Source: Trypanosoma brucei (taxonomy: Eukaryota). From it: DNA of 64,000 bases. A program made the translations under genes and the position numbers. Positions 9,158 to 20,898 of the stretch are shown piece by piece. The stretch covers positions 5,024,001 through 5,088,000 of the forward strand of contig CH464491.1 of NCBI GenBank assembly GCA_000002445.1. The letters are read 5' to 3'. The notes beneath the pieces are model-generated. The model was not told the origin of the DNA and did not search any database. It saw only the letters and a program-made list of their open reading frames with translations. Each line of letters begins with the position of its first letter. Position 1 is the stretch's first letter.

Positions 9158-10719
9158 CTTGCCGATTGTATCCTTGTGTGACAGTCTTGGGATCCCTACT
9201 TTTGCCTAAGGTGCAGTTTCCTTGAAGAATCTAGTTCGCTCATGTTAGGCTTGTCAGTGTTATTTTCTTTTTGTGGCTGTGTCTTCGTTGCTGGTAAGCG
9301 TGTTAGTGTGCCTATCCGTACTGGCGGTTGATCAACGCTGTATTTGGATTGCATGTTGTGGTAAACACCATGCATCTTTTGTCGGAATTATGCTTTAAAA
9401 GTCGCTTCAGTTGACATGTAATTGTTGTTGTGTTATTGTTTAGTTTTAAGCACCGTTTGGCTCGTGTTTTTGGCGGGGGACAATGCGTTTTGGGTGCCTT
9501 TTACTCTCTGGCTAGAGTTGTTCTGTACATAAGGTGAATTCACTGTTTCCACACTGCTTCCAGCCAACTTCTTGTAAATGTTTCTGATTTATAGAGTGTA
9601 TTATCTTCGACTTTGTGCAACTTCTCGAGTTGTTGTGGCCATAATCACAGAAGTATCGTTTGTAAAATTGATTTCTGCCGCCGCTGACTTTTTGCTTTTT
9701 TTCTTTGGTGTATGTTTTTGCTGTCTTCCCTCCACCTGCACTATCCGAAACTGTTAGTACCTCTGATGTTTCTTTCAAATTGTTCTGTTTTTCTTTTTGT
9801 AAGCGCATAGGCTTTTTTCACTCCAAAAACTGAATAAGAGGTGTGAAAAAGTTATTATATAGAGCTTAAACTATATGCTCTTATCTACCACCGGTGTCTA
9901 GCGTTTGCTGCGCTCGCGTTCTAATGATCGGCTGCGGCGCTGTCGCGACGCGCAGTCTTTTGTTCTTGTGAGTAGTCCTTACTGCTTTTACTTTTCCAGT
10001 AAAAAATTGTTGTGGATAGGTTGGATTATCTGTATACCTTTGCTTTGTTGCTGGACATTGTATAGTTGTCGTTTTTTGTGCAAGCTGTTGTTTTCCTGTG
10101 TCTTGCTTTATTAAAAGAGGGATTTTACAGTTATTAAGGGGTAGGTCCTGCCTATTCCACTTTTTTTTACCTTGTATAAAATAATTTATTTATCCTAACT
10201 GCTGTAAAACTAAACCAAAACACTCATACGCGTTGTTTGAGCAACTGCCGCTTAAATGTAGCGCCACATATCAAAATCTAATGTCAGATTTAAAAAAGAT
10301 TCACTGTCATCTCCGCCATCCAATCTGTACATTTACATATGAAATGTGGTGCACAATTCCCCCTGAACCATTTTCTTCTGTGGAACCATCTATTGGCTGA
10401 AAGTCTGGCGTTCTATTCCTCATTTTTCCTCTTTTCTGCATGTGTTAATGTTTGCTTCCATCACTGTACCTGAGGTAGAGGCTGCATTTGACCTCTGCAA
10501 TGTGCTTAGTTTCTGCATCATTTACCACTCTATTGCCTCCTTGTGTATAATAGTGCAATTTTCATGTTTGTGTCAGAAACTGCATCTATTCTTCTTTCCT
10601 TTCGTTTTGTTTCATTGCGTTACATTTAATAATATTCTCCTCACTTACTTACTCTCATTTCAACATTTTCATAATATCAATGCACCACTTTCAGCAGTAC
10701 ATACAGCCTTTAGCATAAC

Positions 10720-10810
10720 TCTTATTATAATATTAGTATATACACACCTGAAACCCATCATTATCATTATTAATATCATAGTTATTATCATTGATTTATT
10801 ATTATAACCT
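10720..10810 (-). repeat. 70-bp repeat (one unit plus TAA-rich tract)
   Basis: CTTATTATAATATTAGTATATACACACCTGAAACCCATCATTATCATTATTAATATCA... Confidence 0.8.
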
Positions 10811-11068
10811 TAACTCCTAATATCCGGAAGGTAAGCTTGGTGAACGAAGCAAAAAACTGTCGAAATAGCACTTACTCTTCTTACCTTATATCCACCATAC
10901 TACTTTACACCCATATGTCACTATCATACAAATTTTACCACAATTTTTAAATATTTATCCAATTCTCAAAAGTATCACTAATTTGCACATTTTTTACAAA
11001 AATATTGATATATATCAAATTTTAGTAAATTTCAATAAATTCTCTCAAAATAAAAAATTTCATAATTT

Positions 11069-12562
11069 TCATAAATTTATAAAATCGAGCAAAAATGCAA
11101 GCAATAGAGGCACCTTGTGAATGACAAAAGAATTGCTTCCTGTGGTGTTTGTGGTTCCGGTTTTGCTATCTTTCTCTCCTCCCTCTACTTCCTTTTTGAC
11201 AAAATACGTATCCTTTACGCACTTTTTATTTTCTCCCTCGCCGGTGAGTTTGCAGCCATCTTTGCAATCGTCTCCTGTTTTTTTACTGCATTCTTTGTTT
11301 TCCTCTTGTATTCCCCCATTGGTAGAGCAGTCTTTTGCTGGTTCTGACGCGACTGTTCTATCCGCCTTAGCTTTTAGTTCGGGGATGGCGATTAATAGCG
11401 CGGTTGTTATTTCTGGTGGGTCTGTTAGTGTTTCGATCTTAACTTCTTTGGGTTTTCCGCCATCTATTTTTTTCACCTTTAGCTTATTCACTTGGTTGAC
11501 TCGTGCGGTCGAGGCGGCGTTATCGTCTTTGACTGCCTGTCCTATCAAGCTTCTGGCTGCTTGATCGGCCATAGTGTTAGTGACTTTGCCGAGCTTTATG
11601 AGTAAATCTTTGACTTCGGCTTTTATGGTGGTTGTTGTAAGGGCTTCTGATATTGCCTTTTCTGTTGTTTCTGGGCATGTGCTCTCGGGAAGTTTCATTA
11701 CTTTGCCGATGGCGGTGAAGAGCTTTTTGGCTGCCGTGGCGGAGTCGGGTGCTTGGTAGTCTGTGCCTAGTGCATTTGCCACTGCTATTGTTGCTGTCGC
11801 TCCTGAACCTGTGTGGGGTGATACTGTGATTAGGTCTGCGCCTACCGTGGCTGGGGTAGCGCTGCCGCTGTACTGCCATAGCGCCGTGTTGTCCGCGTTG
11901 GATCCCAGCATAAAGGCGCAGACGTTGTTTCCTGTGGCGTCTTGCAGTTGCGTCGGCCCAGAGTATTTCGCTAATCCTTTGTTAGTTATTTCGCTGCTGT
12001 CTAGGTTTAGCTTCGGTGCGTATTCGTCCGTTATCGTTGTCGGGCATCCGAATTCTGCTGGCGATGTTAGTTTCGTGGTTCTTGTATTGGCCTGTGTTAT
12101 GCACTTTCGCGCCGTGTCGCTCTTTGTGGTAGCTTGAAGTATCGCCACTAGCTCCGTTAGTCGGCCTGCCACGTGGGCACCGTTTGCTGCCGCCGTCACA
12201 CCCGCTGCTACGTTTCCTGCTGCTTTGGTTGTTGCATCTACTCGGCAGTTCTCTGCTGCTCGAGCCGCTGCTGTGAACAGAATTGTATCGTTTACAGTGG
12301 GTACCACTAGAGCAGCCAGAAGCAATTTGTTTCGGGCTTCGGCCGCCGCCTGCTCTTGCCTGTGTAGCTTCTGCAGGCGGCCGATTGCGACTGCCGCTGT
12401 ATCCTGTATTGCCATGGCCGTGCCGCATAGCTGTGTTATTTTGGCTTCGTTGAACCCGTTGGTTGATGGCTTTGCCAATCTTAAGATGGTCGTGAAGCAC
12501 AGTGTTAGAAGGGTCACTGTGTGCGCGGACAGACGCTGTTGCTCTCCCGAAAATGGAAGCAT
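11069..12562 (-). CDS. VSG: Variant surface glycoprotein, intact 497-aa ORF (C-terminal ...TTGSNSFVIHKVPLLLAFLL...)
   Basis: Single long ORF. It has a signal-like N-terminus (TVTLLTLCFTTILRLA) and a VSG CTD with a GSNSFVI...LLLAFLL GPI signal. The 3'UTR at 11004-11065 holds conserved motifs (CATAATTTTCATAAATTT, a degenerate 16-mer). Confidence 0.85.
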   Translation of the reverse strand: MLPFSGEQQRLSAHTVTLLTLCFTTILRLAKPSTNGFNEAKITQLCGTAMAIQDTAAVAIGRLQKLHRQEQAAAEARNKLLLAALVVPTVNDTILFTAAARAAENCRVDATTKAAGNVAAGVTAAANGAHVAGRLTELVAILQATTKSDTARKCITQANTRTTKLTSPAEFGCPTTITDEYAPKLNLDSSEITNKGLAKYSGPTQLQDATGNNVCAFMLGSNADNTALWQYSGSATPATVGADLITVSPHTGSGATATIAVANALGTDYQAPDSATAAKKLFTAIGKVMKLPESTCPETTEKAISEALTTTTIKAEVKDLLIKLGKVTNTMADQAARSLIGQAVKDDNAASTARVNQVNKLKVKKIDGGKPKEVKIETLTDPPEITTALLIAIPELKAKADRTVASEPAKDCSTNGGIQEENKECSKKTGDDCKDGCKLTGEGENKKCVKDTYFVKKEVEGGEKDSKTGTTNTTGSNSFVIHKVPLLLAFLLDFINL

Positions 12563-13971
12563 TTGAAGACGCGTCTACTCTGTGAATTTGATAATGGTTG
12601 AGTGGTACTTTTTTAAAAGTTGTGATAAAGGGTATTAAACGCCTCCGGCATTTCTTGGTAGATTTTGTGTTTAAAGTTTGTTTTGAGTTTTTCTCTGCCG
12701 CTTGTCTGTATGTTGTTCACTAGACGCTACAGCTAACTGGTTGAGTTTAGTTTTAAGTTTACTATAAGGGTTGTTGCTGTTGATTTTTGTTTCTGTTCCT
12801 TATTTCTTTGTTATAAATCCCACAAAATTCTTTGACATCGCTGGCTGACGCTCTTTTTATACTTGTGGTTTATTTTTTCCTTGTAATATTACGCCTAAAG
12901 TATTGAGGCGCTACTATGCACTGTTAAGATCTTGTTCTGTCACGTAAATTACCTTACAAAAACAACATATTCCGCCACCCACGACCATCCCCCCTATATT
13001 CTCCTCTACATTCTATGGAAAAGGTCCTTAATTTTATATATTTCCATTTCAAATCACTATAGTCAAATCTCTACATGACCATCTCCCTCATTACAAGTTT
13101 TTCAACTAATCAAATTGCTTTGCGTATTCATGTTTGACTGAAAAACAGTGTTTCCACTTATTTTTATTTCATCTATCATCTTCTTCATATCCAATCCCAC
13201 GTTTACTTGAATAATGAATACCCTTCTATTTCTAAAACATTTTAACACTTATAGGATCTATTCTTTTTCACCTGCCGTTAATCTTGTGCTGACACATCTA
13301 TGTTCATAATAATATAACTTTTCTGCTTTGTACGTATTCATAATTCTAACTCTAAATCCTTTGAAACCTGACTGATATTAGTTTGATTTCTTTTTAATGC
13401 CAACACTTTCGTGTCTGCGCGCAAATTTGCCGAATACCTAGCCTGCTTCATGCGATCCATCAACTGCGAATCTCCTTTAATTCTAATGTAAATTATTGGA
13501 GGCGTAAACTTCACCAATTTTTATTTGTATACTAATACAAAATTGAGGGTTTATCGGCGCTAACTATGTGTATCTCACAGATCTCATTTAAAGATTCATA
13601 CATCATATTTCTTATACATTTACTTCCTTTTCCAGTTTCCCTATAGGGAGCGGCTTCTGCTGTTTTATTTAATATTTATCTTTCTTCTTTATATTCTTCT
13701 GTTATTGCTTCTGCGTACGGCATAGCAACTATATTTGTCTTGTGCACTGCATTCTAATCCTCTCAAATTGTCCCCTTCTCTCTTTCTGCATGGAGATAGA
13801 CTTATTATGCTTCTGTTTAAACCTCCGTATATCATAATTTCATTCCTTCTTTCTGTCTTTCCGAGTGCCTTTAAATATTATCCCTATTGTCATTTATTTC
13901 CCTTACTCACTTACCTAGACTGTATCCTTGTCTTTGTTTTAAGTGCTTCTATTTTTTTCGTCCATTTAGTT

Positions 13972-14070
13972 ATCAATATTATCATTATTATAATATTCGT
14001 ATATATACACACTCACCACACTCTCCTATTATTATTATTATTATTATCATTATTAATATTATTCATAAAA
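13972..14070 (-). repeat. 70-bp repeat
   Basis: ATCATTATTATAATATTCGTATATATACACACTCACCACACTCTCCTATTATTATTATTATTATCATTATTAATATT. Confidence 0.9.
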
Positions 14071-14314
14071 TAGACGAATAAACCATATTATACTAGTATT
14101 CTTTTTCCATACCCTCTTACTCTACTACTTCACATTCAAAGACTACTTTTACACACATTTTATAAAAAAATCGTATTTAAAATATTTTGATCACTTCTCA
14201 ATTGTTTTTAAAAAGTGTTAAAATATTTAAAATATTATATGTAGATAGTAAATTCTTGAAAAACATTTATTTTCTTATATTTATAAAATTTGCAATAATA
14301 CTATTTAAAGCTAA

Positions 14315-15820
14315 TTATCGTAGAAAAAATGCAAGCACAAGAGGGGCCTTTTTAATGATAACAGAATTGCTTCCTGTGGTGTTTGTGTTTGTTTTTCCAT
14401 CATTTTCCGCTTTAACTCCCTCTACTTCCTTTTTGACAAAATCCGGATCCACTACGCACTTTTTATTGTCGACAACGCCGGTCAATTTACAACCATCTTT
14501 GCATTCAGCTCCTGTTCCTTTTTTTTCGCAAGTTTCATCTGTTTGCCCCGTTTTGTTTTTTTGCTTTTCTTGTCCTGCTTGAACTGCAGTAAGCCGGAGT
14601 GCTATGCCCTTGAAATAGCTGCTTACCAGGGCTAGGTCAGTGCCTGTTGCTATGCTGTCTAGAGTTCCTTTCGAATCTTGGGTTTCTTTTTTGTATTTCG
14701 TCTGTTTGTCGTAGAGGCCAGTGGTGTATCGCGATCCGAAGGTTGTAGCATCGCCGTAAGTACTTTTGATGAGTTGCTTGATTTGGTCGGCTTCTGTGCC
14801 TTCTGGCTGTGTACCTGCAGGGATTTCAGTTGTTAGAAGTTGCGCTGCAATGTACAAAAAGTCGCTGTCACCGAATAACGTTTCTGTCGTTGTCGACTCT
14901 AGCGCGATCTTTGGAGGTGGGACTGCCTCTCTTGCTTTGCACAGCAGGGCTGCTAGCTTGTCTGCCGTGGGCAGCTTGCTTGGTGGTTTCTCTTCTTCGG
15001 CGTCGCAGTTCTGCTTTGGCCGGTCAGTTTTTCTTGTCGGTAATAGCTTGCCTCCGTAGTGTGGTGCCGTTGCTTTTGCTACCATCGTGATTGCCTCCAG
15101 TGTGCCTTGTGTGGTAGTTGTCTGGCATTTGTTGTTGCTGTCTGAATTGAGGGCCGTTGACAGTTCCAGTTCCAGATCGTAGTTTCCCATTTCTATGTCT
15201 ATTTCCGCCTCGGTAGCTGCTTTTACCTTGGTCGCCGCCATCGCCGAGATGGTTTTTCTTTCCAGTGGCGAGTTGCTAAGTGTTGTTGGGTCGCACTGTG
15301 CGTCGCCGTGTTTTGCCCACGTTGTTTTAGCTTTGCATTTTGTGGTCGTTGCGTCTCTTGTGCTTTTTGAGACTTTGAACGACGTATAGGCTTGTGTGCG
15401 GCCTTGGAGATAACTTATGCGCTGGAGAATCCCCTCTCTGACGCCGCTTAATGTTTGTTTGTAGTTCACGCGTGCTTGCTTGGTTTTGTCTATTTTTAGC
15501 CTTCCGTGTAAAACCAGTGCCGCGTATGCATTTTGTTCTTTCAGCTGCGTCGCTTCTGCTGCTTTAAGTTGCCATATCTGCGTCAGTTTTTCTGCTTGGG
15601 AGACATCGCTATCGGTTGTCGAAAGCAGGGACTTGAAATCCTCTGCTACTTTGTGCAGATATTTGGCCTCGTGGCAGAGAGAGGCTATGGCATTTTCGGC
15701 TTCGTTTTCTGCCATCGCCTTTTGCATCGTCAGCATCGACAGAGTTAGCACCAGTACCTGCTCTATGTTGTTGGGCTGAATCATCTTACTTTGTGCTCTT
15801 TCTTCCCTTGCTTGCCGCAT
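14315..15820 (-). CDS. VSG: Variant surface glycoprotein, intact 501-aa ORF (likely true start at the internal Met MIQPNNIEQVLVLTLSMLTMQKAMA)
   Basis: Long ORF with a VSG CTD (...CEKKGTGAECKDGCKLTGVVDNKKCVVDPDFVKKEVEGVKAENDGKTNTNTTGSNSVIIKKAPLVLAFFLR). The 16-mer-like GTGTTAAAATATTTA is at 14215-14229. Confidence 0.85.
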   Translation of the reverse strand: MRQAREERAQSKMIQPNNIEQVLVLTLSMLTMQKAMAENEAENAIASLCHEAKYLHKVAEDFKSLLSTTDSDVSQAEKLTQIWQLKAAEATQLKEQNAYAALVLHGRLKIDKTKQARVNYKQTLSGVREGILQRISYLQGRTQAYTSFKVSKSTRDATTTKCKAKTTWAKHGDAQCDPTTLSNSPLERKTISAMAATKVKAATEAEIDIEMGNYDLELELSTALNSDSNNKCQTTTTQGTLEAITMVAKATAPHYGGKLLPTRKTDRPKQNCDAEEEKPPSKLPTADKLAALLCKAREAVPPPKIALESTTTETLFGDSDFLYIAAQLLTTEIPAGTQPEGTEADQIKQLIKSTYGDATTFGSRYTTGLYDKQTKYKKETQDSKGTLDSIATGTDLALVSSYFKGIALRLTAVQAGQEKQKNKTGQTDETCEKKGTGAECKDGCKLTGVVDNKKCVVDPDFVKKEVEGVKAENDGKTNTNTTGSNSVIIKKAPLVLAFFLR

Positions 15821-16911
15821 CGCTTATAATTGTTAGTTACTTTTGGGGCTGAGTGGTGAGTATTTTTTTCAATTATTCCAACACCATCGACAATTAGCTT
15901 GTTAACAAAGATGTGAAACTGAGGGTATAAAATATTTTTTCAGCTTTTGACCTCTTCCTGGCAGCATGTCAAATTGTCTATCTCAATAAGAACCAATCAT
16001 TTTGGATGATGTTTGGCTTGTGCTGTCATTTGGAAAGGAAAGCTATATTGACCGTCCATTGGTTGGGAGAGTTTTAGTGCTTGGAGTTTTCATTAAACTT
16101 AATGTAATATGCGCTCAATAAAAATCCAACCCACATTTACCCGTCGTCCATCAAATTTCAATGTACTGTCAAGCGGACGCACGGCTATATTTCTATACCG
16201 CATAGCGAAAAACTCTTTTTAATCAAAAACACTTACAATACTGATCTCTTTGTGCTTTTAATGCGGTTCAAATCCTTGTTTACGGATTAATCTGTTATAA
16301 AGACCTAACGCTGTCACTTTTTTATTAAGGATAAGCTTGGTCATTTCAAGTGTTTTCTAGTCTTACTGGTGTTCTTTTTCATCTAGTCGGTGTAAATCAC
16401 GGAATTTTCTGTACTCATTTGCTTTTAAGTTTCTTTATATTTCCCATAAGTTCAAAGAAAGTGTGCATTTATATTTGAATTATACGTTACGTGATAGCTG
16501 TAAGCGTCTGTCCGGCATAAAAATACATAGTTAGAAGAATGCCATTATTGATTCTTCCTATTTCATAGAGATTCTCCATTGGTTCATTGAAGCGGTCTCT
16601 TCACAGTTGTTACCCCTTCGCTTTCAGTCAGCGCAGCCTCTTGCACATATCGCTGCGTATAACTTACTAGATACATCTGACTCAATTTCTAGCATCCTCA
16701 TCTTCATAAACTCAGCTTGTATGTTCTTTTTTATAATACCATATTGATTATTTCTGCGCTTAGCAGTGCGTATAATCCTTTTTTTCTCCATTTTCTTCTA
16801 CAACAATTTTTCTTTTCTGTCCTTCTCATTTTTTCACGCTTACTTACCCACATTGCTTCCTTTCAGTTGTTTATATTTCTTCTTTTTTGTTTTCTAGTCG
16901 TTCGGAAGCAC

Positions 16912-17050
16912 CACCACTATTATTATATTATCGTACTCACAATTAAAACACTCTCATATTATTATTATTATCATCATTATTATTATTACTGCTCTTATTA
17001 TAATATTCGTATATAAACACTTACAACACTCTCCTATTATTTTTATTACA
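16912..17050 (-). repeat. 70-bp repeat (about 2 units)
   Basis: ...CACTCTCATATTATTATTATTATCATCATTATTATTATTACTGCTCTTATTATAATATTCGTATATAAACACTTACAACACTCTCCTATTAT. Confidence 0.85.
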
Positions 17051-17352
17051 ACCTCAGCTAATACACATAAAACACACAAAATAAGACAATATAATTCCAT
17101 GATAGCACTTATTTTGTATTATATTACCCATTTATTTGTATTCATAGGTTATTTTTATGCCAAATATTCTTATTTTCAAAATTTGCATATTTCACTTATT
17201 CTCTCAAAAAGTAAATTTCACTAAATTTAAAAAACATCCTTAGAATTTTAGAACCATTAAAATGCTATAAAACTCACAAAAGCAGAAGCCATAGTCAGAG
17301 CGAATTTCTTGGAAGGAAACTAGAATCTATACAATCTGTTATCCTCCCATTT

Positions 17353-18792
17353 TCATTTCGGACATTTGCAGTCATCCTTGTTCTTACTCTTGCGTATTTC
17401 TGTTGTTGCAGCTCCATCTCCTGCTCCTGTTCCTGCTGTGTTTGTCTGCTCTTCTCCCTCTTTAGGTTTGCAGTCTCCTTTTGTGTCACTTTCCCCTTTC
17501 CATTCGCATTTGCCTGCATTTTCGCATGTAGTTTTGTTGCTTTTGTGGAGGTCGCATTCTTGTTTTTTTGCGCTTGGCTTCGTTGAGGTCACTGTCGCCT
17601 GGTTTGTAGCAGCTTTTGCTTCCACAAGTGTTTTATGGAGGTTGGCGTGCAATTCTTGTGCATCGCTTTTGATCTCATTTACCTTTTCAGCTATTGCGTG
17701 TTGCTGGCTTGTGGTTGAAGTGGCTGCCGCTAGATCGTCCGCCAGTTCACGCAGCTGCCGTATCCATGGGATTGTGTCCAGTTTGTCTGTTGCTGTGTTG
17801 CCGACATCTGTGTATCCTACGCAGACTCCCTTGTTTTGGGATGCGTCGCAGTCAGTGTTTTCAAATGCGCCAAGGTAAGCTGCTGTGTCCTGCAGGTTAA
17901 ACGAAGCTTTGACTGCTGTTACCATATGCAGTATTGTTTGCGCGTGTAGCGGTGCTGCTGTTGGCTTTGGACACGTCTTAATCAGGTTGGCGAACATTGT
18001 TGGTGCGTTGGTGCCGTCGGCTGCCCATTCCGTGCCTACACTAGGGAAGTCGGTGCATGGTTTCGCCACCTGAGTTGCTATGTTTCCTTTTGCGCAAAGA
18101 CAAAGCAGAGCCGCCGCGATTGATGTCGCTTTGTTGTTCCGCAACGTTATCTCGGCAAGTTGCATCCAGGCTGGCTCTAGGTCCGCCTTTGAACGCTTTT
18201 TGGTTGTCGATTGTTCTATCGCTATTATTTTCGTCCCCGTAGATGGGCTGCTTTAGCCGTTTCAGAGCGTCGGTTGCTGTTTTCAATTTCTTGCTGTTTT
18301 CTAACAGGGTCCATCTATCCCTCAGCCGCTTTGCTTTCTTTGTTGCTTGGTATATTTTCTTGCTGGCGCGTGGTAGTTTGTGTTTCGGGAGGTCATTTAG
18401 GTTCCACTTTGCTGCCTCCTCCGTCACTTCTGGCTCCGCGTTTAGCTCCTTCGCCGCTTTGAGCCAATCCGCCCACAGAGTTGTAAAGTCGTTGTCGCTC
18501 CGGTGTGAGTCAGGCGACGTGTCTTGCCACTGAAGTGGTTCGGCTTGTTCTTTTTGAACTGCTGACGCCATGTGCTGTCCGCTAGGCTGAGGTTTAGCTT
18601 GATCATCTCGCTGTATATGGATGGTTGTGTCTGTTGGGTTGCTGGCAAGTCGAAGGTCGCCGCCGTCCACTGCACAATTGTGCAAAGCTTCCGAAATATC
18701 TCGATATTTGCGTAGTCATTGATTTGCGCGTCTGCTGGTGATATCGCCAACGTGACTGCTACTGCTACTGCCCAAACCTCAATTTGGTCCAT
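17353..18792 (-). pseudogene. VSG: VSG pseudogene (b-type N-terminal domain; frameshifted; lacks GPI signal and canonical 16-mer)
   Basis: ORFs 18442-18792 (MDQIEVWAVAVAVTLAISPADAQINDYANIEIFRKLCTIVQW...), 18041-18685 and 17353-18165 (ending ...KDDCKCPK*) are in three frames. Their N-termini resemble the b-type VSG at 62593-63982. No hydrophobic tail follows the last Cys cluster. Confidence 0.75.
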
Positions 18793-20585
18793 TAGTCGCT
18801 AACTATTTTTTCTTTTTAGCTGATTGTGGATCCGAAAAGAAAGTTTTATGGTAGACACAGTATTTGGTTTGCGGCTGTTGGTTGTGTCTCTATGCGTCTT
18901 TTTATCCTCTGAGGTGACAGTTTTGACTTGTTTGCTTGGTTAGTGGGCCGCTGGGTCTGCGGTTTGTTTTTCTTTCTTGTTATTCCACTACGTAACGTCA
19001 CGCTTATAGTTTTATACCGTTGACGTTATGCCTGTTATAGTTGATGTCATTATGGGGTTGCGGTGTGCAGATATCCCTGTACGTAATATCTATGTGGGTG
19101 AGCCAATAAGCTCCAAATATTGACTCTAAACCACGTCTTTTGCAATTACAATATTTCTTTTATATCTACCTCAATCTTTTCTATGTCGAATCTCGCCGCT
19201 TGCTTCCTAGTTTGATCTCACGGAACTATGGGATATGTTTTCTAGTCACAATTGGTCTGATTACAATTTTGGTAACGAGTTTGGTTGCTTTTTTCATCCA
19301 CTTATGTGTAGAGTGCGATTGCTTGCCAGTCCAATACACTGATGTTCTCCTTTTTACTAGGAGGTGATAGACCATAGAAGGAGCTAGCCTTGCAGTCAAT
19401 TGCACTGCAAAGGTTGCCTGCTGTTTTTTTGCGTGTGGGTGTATATTTGTTAGTTTCTGATAGTCAGGTTTCTGCTGAAATCCTTTTGATTTGGCACGTA
19501 TATTTGGCGTATGAGCAGTTGTTGAAAGGTTATAAATTTCATTCTATTTTTAAAAACTTAAGTTCCATGCATTTATAAAATTTCAACCCGTCTTCATCAC
19601 TCATCTATCGCATTTGCTTTCTATTACGTATATTCTTCCACTAAAACCACACATTCGTTCTATGAATTAGTACTTCCTGCGTAACTGAATTCTTGAATTT
19701 TAAATCCATCATCGGATTAAGAACAAGTCTCCGCAATATCAGTTATTCCACCTATTTATTTTTGATAAAAGCTAACACGGCACTGATGGTCCATCATCGA
19801 TGCGTATCATTTGTTATATACCGTTGAGTTGGCGTTGTATGCCACGTTTTGGGAGTGACATTTCGTTTTTTTTGCAAGCAAGCCTTTGTGGTCTGGCTCT
19901 AGCCTCACAGAGAAGTCTTTAGGTGATGTGTCGTGTCTTATACATATTGAATAGCTACTTCCACAGGCCAATATTACTATGTTTTTAAAGTTTTCCTACT
20001 AATATATCAATTTTTCGAAAATTACGTTTATGTTCCTTTCTTATATGCTCGTCTACCCACATCAGCTGCAAAAAAGACACATTAATTCTATGAAGTGACA
20101 CCCTCATCAGATAGCGGTTCATATCACGATTTGCAATCATAATAAAAACTACAGGGGTAAACCATGTGCAATGCTGCATCTATTAATTTTTGAGTGAAAT
20201 AAGAATCATTATTGTCTCCTGCCCCTCTTCTTAATAATGTACTATTTTCCTTTCTCCTGTTTTGTCGTTTCATTCATCTTTGTTATCTTCTTTTTTGTCT
20301 CCGGCTCCTGTTTTTCGAAACATATGGATAACTCGCTTGGTCTGTACACTAGATTCTTTCTTTACCTTGTTATTCACTCCATTATCTTGTCGTATATGAT
20401 AACACCCATTGTCATGTTTCTAACAAATGGTATACTTTAAATTCATATATCCCTCTCTGTCTTTTTTAATTTCCCCTTATAGTATTCCTTGTGCTCTTCC
20501 TCTCTCAATCAGTTACTCTCATTTCACTCTCATCATAATTTTAAGTGCCTCTTGTTTGGTTTTTCATTCGTCTGTTTCACCACTT

Positions 20586-20658
20586 ATCTTATTATTATAT
20601 TAGTATATACACACTCACAACACTCTCCTATTATTATCATCATCATTATTATTATTAA
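20586..20658 (-). repeat. 70-bp repeat
   Basis: CTTATTATTATATTAGTATATACACACTCACAACACTCTCCTATTATTATCATCATCATTATTATTATT. Confidence 0.9.
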
Positions 20659-20898
20659 AGAAAAAAATTTCTTAGTATCACTTACTTTCTATAGGGTATC
20701 ATTCTACTACTTTTTATCCATAAACCACAGTCATGCTAAAATTTTATATTTTTATATTTTCGAGTTTTTCAAAGATTTTAGAAAAGTGTTAAGTTATCTT
20801 TAAACCTTTTAAAATAGCAAATTTCTAAAAATATATTGAAATCCTTAAAATTATATCAAGTTAGTAAAGACGGAAGCAAATGAGAGAAATTTTCTTAT

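Noticed and set aside
9512-9808. 98-aa Lys-rich minus-strand ORF in the co-transposed region upstream of the VSG pseudogene at 7590-9157
   Set aside because: I see no recognisable domain and no conservation with other upstream regions in the window. It could be a chance ORF. A BLAST search could rescue it.
11577-12500. Alternative minus-strand frames inside the intact VSG (11577-11879, 11982-12500: Arg/Ser/His-rich)
   Set aside because: They are out-of-frame read-throughs of the same DNA. The VSG frame has the signal peptide, the Cys pattern and the GPI tail.
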